DNA from: the human T2T-CHM13v2.0 reference genome, Homo sapiens
Strand: one strand, 5' to 3'
NCBI RefSeq assembly: GCF_009914755.1
Contig: NC_060938.1
DNA length: 64,000 bases
Notes under the pieces: generated by a model
Told to the model about the DNA's origin: nothing
The model's input: the letters and a program-made list of their open reading frames with translations, nothing else
Database searches by the model: none
Translations under genes and position numbers: made by a program
In this document: piece by piece, positions 29,755 to 47,104 of the stretch
Layout: the number at the start of each line of letters is the position of its first letter
How positions within the stretch are numbered: position 1 is the stretch's first letter

Positions 29755-30565
29755 GCATACTTGGAAGCAGACTATGAAGAAATCCGAAATCTAAACCCAT
29801 AAGTTTGTATTTTATCCTAGACAATGGGGAGCCATTAAATGTTCCAGAGAAGATGGGAGAGAGAGGTGGAGATGGCATTATGAAAGTGGTATTTTAGAAG
29901 ATTAATCTGATCATACTATATAACATGAATCTGAAGAAACTGAAATATAGAGGAATTGAAATTGAAACACAGGAAATAGCTGTCATACTGGAACATTCTT
30001 TTGATGGGCGGGGGCGGTGGGGAAGAAACCAATTCTTTATTTTAACTTATATTTTCCTCTGTATCCCTAGTATCTCATATATGTTTTACTATCTGTTAAT
30101 CACTGCTAAATAAGCAAAATGGAGCCCAGCAAGTAAAATATTTCACATAAAAAAAAAAAGAAACAACATAGGTCAGGCCTTAGTGTAAGTTATCACTCTT
30201 TCAAGAGGTATAGGTTTATAAGGTGTAATAGTTGGACTTTGATTTCTAATCACAAGTAGGAGAAACGGTTATTATAGTGAGCATGAAGGTGGCTGTATCT
30301 CTCTCTGTCAAAACCCAATTTTATCATTTACAACCCCACAGAAAAACAGCTAAAGTAGCTTTCTCTGTATCAGGTTTCATCAGAAATAAGATTTTGCCCT
30401 TCCTAAGTCTCTATATTCCGCAGCTTCCCGATGTTCTGTCACTTGATGGATTACAACACCCATCACACATTCCCTAGCTTTAGACATCTGTTTTTATGGC
30501 TGCAGTGGAACTTGCTTCTTAGTCTGGGAGGCAGTTCAGAGCAGAGATTTAAAATGTTGCTTCAA

Positions 30566-30885
30566 GGCCAGGTGCAGTGGCTCACGCCTATAGTCCCGGC
30601 ACTTTGGGAGGCCGAGGCAGCAGTATCCGTTGAGCCCAGGAGTTCAAGACCAGCCTGGGCAACATAGCAAGACCCCATCTCTACAAAAAAAATACAAAAA
30701 TTAGCTGGACATGGTAGCACATGCCTGTGATCCCAGCTACTCAGAAGGCTGAAATGGGAGATCGCTTGAGCCCAGGAGGTTGAGGCTGAAGTGGGCCATG
30801 ATTGAGCCACTGCACTCCAGACTACCTAGGCGACAGAACAAGCAGAACAAGACCCAATCTCAAAAATAAAATAAAAAAAAAAAAA
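30566..30885 (+). mobile_element. Alu (AluJ-like)
   Basis: Sense Alu; degenerate TSD around gttgctt. Confidence 0.92.
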
Positions 30886-30889
30886 GTTG

Positions 30890-31100
30890 CTTGCAAGCAG
30901 ACTAGGGTTTGAATTCCAGCCTCTGCTACTCTAGTATCCTCGGGTATACCTGACTTCTGAACTTGAGTTCCCCATCTGTAAAATGGGGATGGTGACTACC
31001 TATTTCAAGCAGTGTCATGACCCTTAACTAGGAAAATGTCCCCAAAGTACAGTGTTGGGCACTTGTGTAAGGCTCAATCAATGGAGCTGCTGTTATTTTG
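30890..31100 (+). mobile_element. MIR
   Basis: gggtttgaattccagcctctgctact...catctgtaaaatggggat. Confidence 0.7.
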
Positions 31101-31506
31101 TTTGCCTGGGGTGCAGTGAGATTTGGGTAAGCAAGTTAGGCCAGGTACACCAATCATGCCTTGTTTTTATTTGCTGGGCAAGAGGCACTTCCTTAATTTA
31201 ATTATCATATGGCTAATACAGGAACTCTTTTTCATTTCCCCAGTTGAATACATCACCAGATTCCTGGAGGACCTGGGCCCTGGAGACCAAAAGTGCCCAG
31301 GGATTAGGGCTTCAGCAAGGCAGCCTGGCTGCTGTCCTGCCTCCTGGGGAAAACTCCAGGCCTTTTCACACTGCCGTAAAATCCCCCAGGGTCCTCAGAA
31401 GAGACCAGAGTTTGAGATCTCAAAACCCGGGCTGGAGGCCACAGAGGTCTCTCCCACACTGTGTGGAGGAAATTCAGCATGGTCCTCTGACTCATTCAAA
31501 GTCTCA

Positions 31507-31836
<330 letters not shown>

Positions 31837-31873
31837 ATTTTAAGGAAGAGTTGGGTCTAGAACCCAGGTCTGA

Positions 31874-32212
<339 letters not shown>

Positions 32213-32624
32213 TAAAAGTCACTTTTTTAAGAAATTACAAAAATCATAATGACCACTGTGGACAACTTAGAAAAGAGTTTTTCTATTTATTTAACAACAA
32301 TGGAATCACACTGTAAATACACTTAGTACTCCACTTTTTTCTACTTCATATTGTATGAAATTTGTTTCTACAACAACAAAATTGTGAGCTCCATGTGGGC
32401 TGAGACCATATCTGCCTTGGTTGTCACTACACACTTTTCACACCTACCAGGTGCCTGGCACATAGTAGGCATTCAATAAACTGCAGAGTGAGTGAATGAC
32501 CCATGGTTTGGCCACTTGCCACTTTTTGGATATTTAAGTTATTTGCAGTTTTCCACTATTATGAACAAGGCCAAATGAACAGCCAGATTCATTAATATAT
32601 CTTGTACAGATCTCTATTTCCTTA

Positions 32625-33055
<431 letters not shown>

Positions 33056-33485
33056 TCATACAGGAGAGTGAACGCCTAGTTTTCTCCACAGAGATGAGTA
33101 TGTGAGTTAAGAAGGTGGGCGGCGGGAAGGAACTGTGAAATCCTTCAGCAGGTGTTTTAATGAAAAACTGAGGGCTAGACTCAAAGTTCACTCTGATATC
33201 CAGCAACCCCACATAGTATAAAGTGTCTTTCTGAACTTTCACCAGCCCTCCCTCTGACATCCTCTCTGTTGAAAAACACTGTGTGGCACCTAATATTGCC
33301 ACGAGGAGAAGTACCAACTCCCAGCATCCAAATATATACTCTACTAGGAAACACACCCCATGCCTAGGAGACCGGCAGGCTCCCAAGGGCCGCACAAAAA
33401 AACCCAGTCTTTCCACATAAACAGTGACCCACACCAAATCTGGGTCTCTCTGCTACCAAGTCTGTTTTGCTTGACTTGTCTGTAA

Positions 33486-33837
<352 letters not shown>

Positions 33838-34382
33838 GATGCCTTTCTTCTTACATGTACACATTAAAGATATACTGTTAGCCTCAAAACACACTTTTCA
33901 TATTTGTTTCTTAGAAAAAGTTGGGTTCTTCCTCATATAAAATCAGCTAAATAAATTCCAAATGAATGTATTGATCAAAGAGTTCATATCATTTCTTCCC
34001 GCCCCACGCCCACACACACAGGTCAAGGAGGTGATTTGTGGGAAGAAAATGGAGCTCTATAGATCCTGAAGCTTAAAGTTCCCAGCCCAGGATCTGCATA
34101 AGGTGGGTGCTCACTGGGAAGTCAGCAGGACCATGTCAGCAAGGAAGAGGCTCGAACACCCACATGCACCCTCCCTGCACCACACCATCCTGTACACAAG
34201 GCACTCAGGATACAAACGTGATCACCAGCTTGATCCTCCTCCCCTTTGCCCACTGCTTCTCCCTCTCTCCTCCCACAGGGCTGAGAGTTGATTGCCCTGG
34301 GAAATCACTGATTTTTCACAATGACCCTGTCTGACAGGGCAAAAGATGAAAAGTTACTTATATTCTCTACATAAGAAATCCT

Positions 34383-34693
34383 GGGTGGGGTGCGGTGGCT
34401 AACACCTGTATTCTCAGCACTTTGGGAGGTCAAGGCAGGAGGGTGGCTTGAGCCCAGGAGTTCAAGACCAGCCTGGGCAACATCAGGAGACCCCATCTCT
34501 AAAAAAAAAATACAAAAACTAGCCAGATGGGGTGGTGCGGCGCCTGTAGTCCCAGCTACTCAGGAGACTGAGGTGGGAGGACCAATTGAGCCTGGGAAGT
34601 CAAGGCTGTAGTGAGAGCTGTGATTGCACCACTGCACTCCAGCCTGGGCAACAGAGCAAGAACACTGTCTCAAAAAAAAAAAAGAAAGAAAAG
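34383..34693 (+). mobile_element. Alu (AluJ-like)
   Basis: TSD aagaaatcctgg. Confidence 0.92.
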
Positions 34694-35974
34694 AAATCCT
34701 GGATTCAAATCCCACCTCTGTCACAAAATTATTGGGTCAAGGTTACCTTCTGGGTCTTCATTTCTCCATCTTCAAAGTGGGATGATTTCTGCATCTCTCT
34801 TGTGTGTTACAGGAACTTTACAAGGAATTAAAGCACAAAAATCTTTCATGTGTTCTGACAGACAAAGTACCCTCTAAATTCAATGTATTCCTTTGTTTTG
34901 AGGTCTGCTTTTTGGCTTACTGATTGAACACAGCTCTTCTATCCAAACCTTCCCCATACCTAAGTTTCTGGTGGCAATGCCAGCAGGCTATCTCCTAACC
35001 TTCTGAACCATCTGTGATTTCTTAAAAGTCCATATGGCTCTTCAAAATCAATTAATATGAGCTTCCCTTTGCCTTATATCCTCTTCTTATATTTACATAC
35101 ACATACCTACACAATACAGAGGTCCAAATTCTTTTCTTTGTCTCAAACCCCGAGTCTCCAGTACTCAACAGATAAAAATCTCCAAGCCCATGTTCACATT
35201 TATCCATGAAAGAAATTTAATAGTTCAACATGTCACACAGCAAGTCAATCAGAGGACTGAGAAATAAACACAGAAGTTCTGAAGTCCATGTTTCCAGTTT
35301 TCTTGTGATATGAACAAGACAGAATTTATTTGAGAAGAAAATGCCAAGGTGACATTTGGAATTACCACGTTTTTGGGGGGCAGGAGGCCAACTTATAGGA
35401 CATTTTGCAATCTCGTTTGGAGCAGTGGGTGAGTAGCTTGCCAGATCCACAACCCCATATGCATACAATTCAGCCAACTCCCCACGGAGGTCTGACAGCT
35501 TTGCCCCCCTCCCTCCCTCCTCAACTGAAGGGGAGTTTTCCATCAGGCAGCCTCTAGGAAGGGGGAGCTCATGGGGAGAGCCAGAACACTGCCCTTTTAA
35601 AGAAACCCAGTTGGTCTTAGGTCAGATGACTTAAGGGGAAGAGACAATGGGGGCCAGGAGTGGGAGTGGGTGGTTCAGAAAGAAGACAGAGCAGAAGATG
35701 AACAAGAGGACATCTCTGTCACTCAAGCCGCACTAGTCAAGCCACCTTGTTCCTAAGCCACTGACAGTGCTGGTGGGACCCACTTGTTGCATGGAGTCAG
35801 AGCCAATGGCCCATCCGCTCCATTTTCTACTCTGTAGGGGCAATGACACTGGACCAGTCTGGGCAGTGGAGTCACCCTGCAGCTCTTGACACTCTCTGCT
35901 CTTGCAAGTCTGCCTTAGAGCTCCTACCCTTACATGAGCCTTCCCCAATGTTGTTGTACCTGAATCTCTGTCTC

Positions 35975-36130
35975 CTCTTCTATTAAGACACCAATCATTG
36001 GATTTAGGGCAACCTAATCCATGGTGACCTTGTCTTAACTAATTATACATGCAAAAACCCTATTTCCAAATAAGGTCCCATTTCTGAGGTTCCAAGCAGA
36101 CATGAATTTTGGGGGGACACTATTCAATTC
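35975..36130 (-). mobile_element. MLT1-type MaLR LTR fragment
   Basis: cattggatttagggc...ccctatttccaaataaggtc...ggggacactattcaa. Confidence 0.7.
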
Positions 36131-36208
36131 AGTAAAGTTACCTAGTATAAAATGTGCCTCCGTAGAATGCCCCCTTAGCAGATAATATAGGCATGTTAAA
36201 CACCATGA

Positions 36209-36571
<363 letters not shown>

Positions 36572-38643
36572 TTTGCTCCCTGTGCCTTGCATGGAAATAA
36601 CTTTCAAGACTTGCCTGTTAAACTAATCTAGGACATGTGGCATGCCACAGAGGCCCCCCAGGGTGAATTCCTTCCTAGGTATCCATGGGACACCTATCCA
36701 TTGCATAGCCTAGAGGCAACATCCTCCTACCCTTGGTTTAAAGAATAACTGCCTTAGTTTCCCCATCTGCAATCTGTGGGGCAGACCGTGAAGCCGAAGA
36801 TGTCTCTCAGCGAGAAGTGAGAGGATTCTGCAAGTAGAAATCTCAAGCTAATCGGCAAGGGACAGGAAAGGAAGAAAGAAAAGCCAATGTTGACTGAATA
36901 CCCCAAATCAGACATACCTTAGCTGTCTCTCATTTTGCTACTGATGTAAGGACACAGATGACACCCAAGGAGGTATGGTAGCCGGGCCCCCTACCATCAA
37001 TCCAGCCTTGGGGGACATCCAATGTGACTGGTTACAAAGGTAAGGCAAAGACAGTTTGGTAACAAGATGCTCTGAATAACCTGCCTGATTGTCAGGAAAT
37101 CTAATTCCTCAAACCAGGGCTCTAGCTCTAAAAATGACCGCTGGCTACCTGCCTACGGCCCGTCGGTCAACATTTCTGGAAATGTAGCTTCCGGACCAAG
37201 TTAAAATTTACCAAGGCTTTCCTGAGACTGGCCTTTAGATTGATATAATTTCAGTTCTTCGTGTTACGTGTCAGTAACTTGTCACCTTGCAGATGTCAGC
37301 TTGAGAACTGGTCAGGATGACAGGGATGCTACCGTGTCTCTGTGTTCATTCTGGAGAATTACTGTAGCTGGAGGGTGACAGCCCCGCAAGTTTAATCTTC
37401 ATCACCCCTGCCTGCCAGTCGTAACACCTCAGATTCACTTTTTTTATCTTCGACTGTATTCGCTCACTATCCATTTGAAAATTGTTGAAGTCTTGTGTGT
37501 ATATATACTATATGGTTTCCATTTTAAAAGCTTTTAGAAGATACCAAGTACATTTTTGAATGCTGTCACTCCAGCACTGGTGACGGGGGGCTGCAGTGTT
37601 TCCGGAATCATACCGACCCCAGAGGAAGGCACTGCTCCTCTACCTCCTACCCTGTCTCAACATCTCAGCCGCCTGAGTTCACTGTAGCCTCAGGAGAGGA
37701 CCACATCCCTTGAGTGAGTTCAGGGAGTAAGAAGGAACCACAACCTAAAAGTCCCTACCTGAAGTTCGATCCTTACCCTCTATTCCCTAGGGTCTAAAAA
37801 CCAGTATCTTACGTTCATACTAGTGTGTCAATGACTGATACCAGGGTCATGCCCTACAACATGCTGGGGGGAAAGCAGGGACCCTGTGCCCCAGGATGTA
37901 AAGGTGTGTAGTCAGGGTGTATCCTACGGGGCAGAAGGACCAGACTCTAAGAACAAGGAGGTCCCTGAACCATCTTCCTAATTTGGTTCTGAATCAAGGG
38001 GCATCCCCTAACAAACCTTCCAAGGAAAGATAAGGTATCCACCCTTGGTTTGACTGGTGCCTGAGTGGAGCTGCTGTGGGAAGGTTCCCTCGCCAAGCCC
38101 ATCCCCATCTCCCCAGCACGCTGGGGAGGGCCGGAATGAGCACAGCTGAGACCGTCATCGACCATCACAGGAGCTGCACTAATGTGGACACAGGAGGTGC
38201 AGGCTCATTCTCCCCGGCCAGGTGTCCAGGCTGCGAGGCCATCTGGGTTAGGAAATGCGTGCTCTAAAGCCTGCTGGGGAAAGCCCGTTTTGATGGGAGC
38301 TCAGCTTAAAATAGGCCACCTTCAAGAAGTTTCCCCAGCCCTGGCCCATAGTAAGATGGGCCTTGGGAGGAAATTGGCTATTTCCCCTCATGCAGCCCTG
38401 AGAAAACTGATGCACCCACCCAACAGCCTAAGGACAGGGGTCCAGAGAAGAAATCAGCCTCAAAAGGAAATGAAGGAAAATGTTAGGAAGGGACGAGACT
38501 TTAGTTTCAGGTTTCCAAAAACCTGAACATATAAACCAGAAATCAAAACCTTTCAAAGTGCCTATCTAAAACATAACCACCACAACTTAAACTCCTTGTA
38601 CTTTGGTGTAAGAGATAACAAACACTTAAAAAATGAACTTAAA

Positions 38644-38935
<292 letters not shown>

Positions 38936-39001
38936 GAACTAAAAAAAGAACTTAAATTGAACCCAATGATAATGCTGTCTCTTTAAAAATACTTAGCTGC
39001 A

Positions 39002-39474
<473 letters not shown>

Positions 39475-39576
39475 TCATTTTTAGAGGATATCTGGCAATG
39501 TGGATTATAATTTAAAATGCACATCAGCTTTCACCCACCAATTCATCTTGTTAGCATTCATTGCACAGAAATACAC

Positions 39577-40219
<643 letters not shown>

Positions 40220-41640
40220 TATGCAATTGTGTAAAAAGATGCATGTATAAGGATTATTTCAGATTCATTTGTAACAGAGAAAAACTGGATAAACATTCTC
40301 CTGCCTCACTTGTAAAAGAGAAAAACCGGAATAAACTTGTTCTGGTGAATGAGGGATCATTAGCTAAATCCTGGTCCATTCACATAATGGAAACTACAGC
40401 TTTTAAAAGAACGAGGTAAACTGAGTTGCTGATAGAAGTGCTTATCATAGCAGGTTTAAAGTCTCCATGATAAGCACTTCTTGATTGGTTAGAATGTTAA
40501 TGTTCTTTTTAACATTAAACAATAACTTATAATCAGAAGGAAAAAATGAACTCCATCTTCATGTTGTTAATTGTCTTCAAACCCATCCCTAACCCAAGGT
40601 CATCCTTATCTCACCCTGGAGAAGGAGAGGGAGTGGGGATATGGTTCCTATATGTTCCAGAGAATAGTGGCTGTTGGCTGTGTATTTAATTCCAGTAATT
40701 CCATTGGATAAATGGCACAAAATCCCAACTCTTCAGATAACTCCTCAACTAAAGATACTTTTTGCTTGAGAAGTGGCCAGTGTAATGGACACAATGCAGG
40801 AGAGCGACTCAGGAATGTTCGCTCGGGCAGGCTTTCTTCCCGCATTCCAGTTTCCTCATCAGTGAGATTAAAGGCCTGATGAGAATCATCTCCAATGTTC
40901 CTTATAGAAGGCCCTGAGCTCTCCCTGCCCGGCCGATATGCCATCGGCATTTGTGGAAATCCTGGAGGACAGACAAGGGCCTGAAGTTGGGAAACAAAGG
41001 GAAAAGGAAAATTTGAGAAAAGCTCCGCTAGCATCATCTGGAGTTAGAGTCAGCCAAGGGAAAACCGTCAAAGGGTTTTTGACAAATACAAATACATTTT
41101 AGGTTCTCAGCTGCAGAAATGAATGCTGTCATTCGGGGGCTGGTACAGGAACAGGGAAAGGAAGGGGCAGATGTTATCACCATCTAATGGGTGGGGGCAG
41201 AGATGTTAAACTTGCTTCAAAGAACAGGTCAGTTCCACGCAAGTTCCACCCTAAATGCCTGCAGCAGCCACTGGAGTAACGCCGAGGGCGCCCACTGGAT
41301 TAACAACCAGCTGAGTGAGCCGGCCACAGCCACGTAGCAGGCAGTCTCTTTGCAGTATCAGCTTCTTATCTGACAGCAGGGCGGGACCGGACCTGAGGGC
41401 TGAGTGGGTGTGGAAGGAAAGCAAGGAGGCAAGAAGGACAGAATCTCAAGGAGACAGCCCACCCTTTGCAACCTGCTCCCAAGTCAGTTTTAAAACTGCA
41501 AATTGCCTAACTCCGAAATGGCCCATTCTAGATCTCCTACCGTAATTGTACTTGCCTGTTAATAAATACTGATAAATAATTAAGCTTCCTTAAAGGATCC
41601 GAATCTCTACAGTTATATGCCAGATTAAAAAGTAACCACA

Positions 41641-41940
41641 GGCCAGGCGCGGTGGCTCATGCCTGTAATCCCAGCACTTTGGGAGGCCAAGGCGGGCAGA
41701 TCACGAGGTCAGGAGTTTGAGACCAGCCTGACCAACATAGTGAAACCCGTGTCTACTAAAAATATAAAAAATTAGCCAGGCATGGTGGCGGATGCCTGTA
41801 ATCCCAGCTACTCAGGAGGCTGAGGCAGGAGAATTGCTTGAACCTGGGAGGCGGAGGTAGCCGTGAGCCGAGATCACGCCATTGCACTCCAGCCTGGGCA
41901 ACAGTGTGAGACTCAGTCTCCAAAAAAAAAAAAAAAAAAA
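41641..41940 (+). mobile_element. Alu (AluSg-like)
   Basis: TSD aaaaaStaaccaca. Confidence 0.95.
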
Positions 41941-42112
41941 CTAACCACAAAAGAGCCCGTGGGCCCTGCAGGTTCAAGGCTTTCATATTAGGGTTTGGCC
42001 AACGTGCCCCTACTCTCCTAATTTATGTGGGTATCCCAGGCCCATTTATACCAGGCTGCTGTTGCCTGGTGTAAACTCCAGAAAAGGGAGACCTTGGCTC
42101 TGTCTCTCATTA

Positions 42113-42702
<590 letters not shown>

Positions 42703-43455
42703 CTACTTATACACGGCAAATGGGAAGTAAATTTGTATCACCGTTATTAATGATTCAGACTCACACTGCAGCCCATGCATGACCTGTAATCACAAGTGTC
42801 ACACAAAATCACACAATTCAAGTCTACAGCTTGACTCTGGGAGCTACTGGTTAATAAACAACATGGCGATAGCCTCTTTAAATACAATGGTTCTCCTGTC
42901 TCTCCATGCAAGCAGCTTTAGTCAGGATATTGTCAGTTGGTGCATTCTTTCTAGAGACCTTCACGGAGTGCCTGTAAAGGTGTGTGAGGCAGAAAGACGC
43001 GAAGACCAGCCAAGGAGAACAAGCAGGTGTGCAAGCCATTCTGGTCCAGCTCTGGCCCAAACTGTTGAGGTTTGATTCTGATTGGGCTCCTGATACCTGG
43101 ACCTGTTTACTAGGAAAATCCAATGAATGCATAGTGGCTGCAAGCATGGAACCCGGAGCCTAATGCTTAGGGACAAATCCTGGCTCCACCACTCTTACCG
43201 TATGACCTTGGGCAAGCTACTTAACCACTTTAAACTTCAGGTTCTCATCTGGACAATGGGGGACAACAATAGTACCTACTTGAAGGGAAGAAAGGGAGAT
43301 TGTATTTCTCCTGCTTTGTGAAAAATCATGGAAATCCATCAGCCCATCTGCAGAAACCCTACCCAGAGGAATCCTCTACATGAAGGCTATCTGTCCCCTG
43401 TTCTCCCATTTTCATTAATCATACAATCGTTTGGGAGAAACAAGAAGTGAGCATG

Positions 43456-43780
43456 GAGCCGGGCGCGGTGGCTCATGCCTGTAATCCCAGCACTTTGGGA
43501 GGCTGAGGAGGGTGGATCACCTGAGGTCGGGAGTTCGAGACCAGCCTGACCAACATGGAGAAACCCCATCTCTACTAAAAATAGAAAAAATCAGCTGGGC
43601 GTGGTGGCACATGCCTGTAATCCCAGCTACTTGGGAGGCTGAGGCAGGAGAATTGCTTGAACCTGGGAGGTGGAGGTTGCAGTGAGCGGAGGTTGCAGTG
43701 AGCCAAGATTGCGCCATCGCACTCCAGCCTGAGCGATAAGAGCGAAACTCCATCTCAAAAAAAAAAAAAAAAAAAAAAAA
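43456..43780 (+). mobile_element. Alu (AluSp-like) with 16-bp internal duplication
   Basis: TSD gaagtgRgcatgg; ggaggttgcagtgagc twice in tandem. Confidence 0.95.
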
Positions 43781-46368
43781 GGAAGTGGGCATGGAGAGTG
43801 CTGTGTCTCACCTGCTGAACATTACTCTTGATGTCAGAGTGATCAGGAGATTTGGAGGAAGGAAGGTGACATGGTCAAACATCAGATAAGAGGGAAGAGT
43901 GGCTCCCAGCACTTCTCCACCCAGGCCCTCTAAGGCTTTTTCCCCCATAAGAAATATCTGTAGTTTTCAGTGTCTCTTGTCATCCGAATCATTTCCCTTT
44001 GCCTTGCCCGGGGCTCTCTGGGCCTTGCAGGCTCGGCTCCCCTTGCCTTATCCTTGTATTAGAAACACACAAGGTGCACTTTTGGAGACAGCCACTTGAG
44101 CAGCCCCTCCTTGTGTGTCCTGGACTCTCTGTTAAAGGACTTCATTTCCTGGGATTAGCACATTGTGCTCCCTCAAAACTCAGCATGCGGGTAATCCATG
44201 GACGCCAACGGTCTTCATGATGCCCTCTTACCAAGTATTTTACAATGCAGTTCTCAGGAAAATGACCCCATTCCTTCTGTATCTCAGCAGGGAGATACAA
44301 TGTGAACTGGGAGTTTGGTTATTATGCTTGTGAATAATTTGAGTTTCAACTTGGGTTTCAAGTGCAGCCTTGGCATGCCTGAAAACAAATGATTACCAAA
44401 AAGCTATCCAGCTGCCCTCTCAACACTGCAGGCTATTTTGTCGGGGGTGTGGAGCCCTCTCTGCTGGTTCCATGTGAGCCTCAGCAAACAGAGCAATCAA
44501 GACCCCCTCTAGGTCCCAGTCAATCACACTCCAGCCACAAGTTTTGGCCAGTCCTGCCCCAGAGAAGATAAAGCCCTTAAATAAAGATTCACCACGCTCA
44601 GTCCAGCTCCACTCACAGCCAAGAGTCAAAGTCGATATTTGCTAAGTGGAAAAGGACAAAAGGAAACAAATTCATCTGCAAGCTCTCCAAACAGACTAGA
44701 AAAAGTAATTCCCTACTGCTCACCCCATCCACTTTTAAGAAGGCTAAGCTAATATGTTCTGAGTTTGCAGGAATCTCAACACTTTGGTCTGTGAATCACA
44801 AACTAGCAGTTGGGCATTCACAGAGAAACGTGCAGAGTGAATCCTTTAAACGAGAAACAAGACCTGTGCTTGGTGAATCAGGAAAAAAAGAAGAAGAAGA
44901 AAAAAAGGGGAAAAAAAACAGGGCCATTTTAAATGACCTTATGATGACATAAAATGACAAGATTATGACACTGATGCAACTTCAAACCAGTAGGGGCTTG
45001 GGAAACCTTTGGAAGGAAACTCCTAAAAGGTCACATTATTTCTTGACAATCCACTGAGGAGCTAGGCCATTAAAAGAGCCCTTTTAATCAGAGTGAATTT
45101 AAATCTGCACCCAAACCATTAGCCTTTCAGGAACAGGGACAGCACATTAGCATTAGAAGGAGGTTTAGGATCTGGTACCATAGTGGTTACTTTACACGTG
45201 GGGAAAATGAGCTCCAGCGAGATTATAGGACTTGATCTAGAGCCTGCAGTGGACTGGAGCCGAGATTAGAATACACCACTCAGCCCCGTCTAGGCAGCTA
45301 TGGAAAGCAAATGCTTTTGCTAGTGGAACTCACTTCTTGTTCATCCAGCAAGGCAGAGAGGCTAGCCCCAGAGAAGAGGCTGGGGGCAGATGGAAGCATA
45401 CCCTTCCTCACTCCCTTGGCCCACAACTTTCATGGCTTCCCCTGTCTTTGTGAGTGATAACTGGATTTAGAAAGCAGGCCCTCAGGTACATCCATAAACC
45501 CGGAACCCTTTGCTAGGAAGGTAATTGCCTGGATAGTACAGAATCCCCCCACCGAGGGCAATATTCCTACAATGGGTGCCCAAGGCCAGATGAACAACTC
45601 AAAGAGGACTGTGAGGTACATATGTGCGTGGGATGATAACAGCTTACCAAGGTCAGCCCTACAGCAAGAGGGGAAGACAATACGAACTCTGCCCGACAGC
45701 TGCTAAGGAATGCCAAGATGTTCCCCTGGAAGTCTGGTCCCTGCTGGAATTCTCCTGGGATTCCTCAGCACCCTATCTGGAGTTCACCGTTCACTTTCTT
45801 TTCTCTAGAAAGCCAAGCTACTTCTCGATGTGGGGAAAGCAAGGAGCTTCTTTTTCTTGCATTTTGTTGTAAAAGACAAGGACATCCTAGTTATACCATT
45901 TTTTCCTGAGCGTTCCGGGGAAGGCTGGCAGGCTGTGTCTAACAGAGATGCTACCCCAAAATGACATCCTCCAAAGGTCAGAGCCAAATACTAAGTGCTT
46001 CAATTAAATGCGAACATTCCTTTTCTGGCGCATGGGTGCTGTTTCATCTGTGTGGGATCTAGTAACCAACAGGAATCGCTCTCCGCTCCAGAAAACTCAA
46101 GGAAACATCTAAATAACATCCCACACCTAGTTTCTTCCGGCATAACAAATGCCAATGATATGCAAACACAGACACTTAGCAGAGAAACACCGTCAGAGTG
46201 CACAGTGAGCGGGCTTCATTTGTCCCGCTTCTTGTTCCTCTCACTCTGCCGGGGAGGAGGAACGTTAGCCTGCATCCAGGAGTCACTCCCAGTTTAGATC
46301 TGCACGTAGTAGGCATTGCCTTTATCCATCCAAAGGATGGAACATGGAGAAAATTAATTAAGTAGAGT

Positions 46369-46395
46369 TATCAATCAATCAATCAATCAATCAAT
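46369..46395. repeat. (ATCA)n microsatellite
   Basis: Read directly. Confidence 0.85.
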
Positions 46396-46476
46396 TATTC
46401 TACAAGTTCCTACCTTGGCTAGGCATTGGGGAATCCACAAAGAGGCATGTCTTTGGTAAAATAAATGAAGACAAAT

Positions 46477-47104
<628 letters not shown>

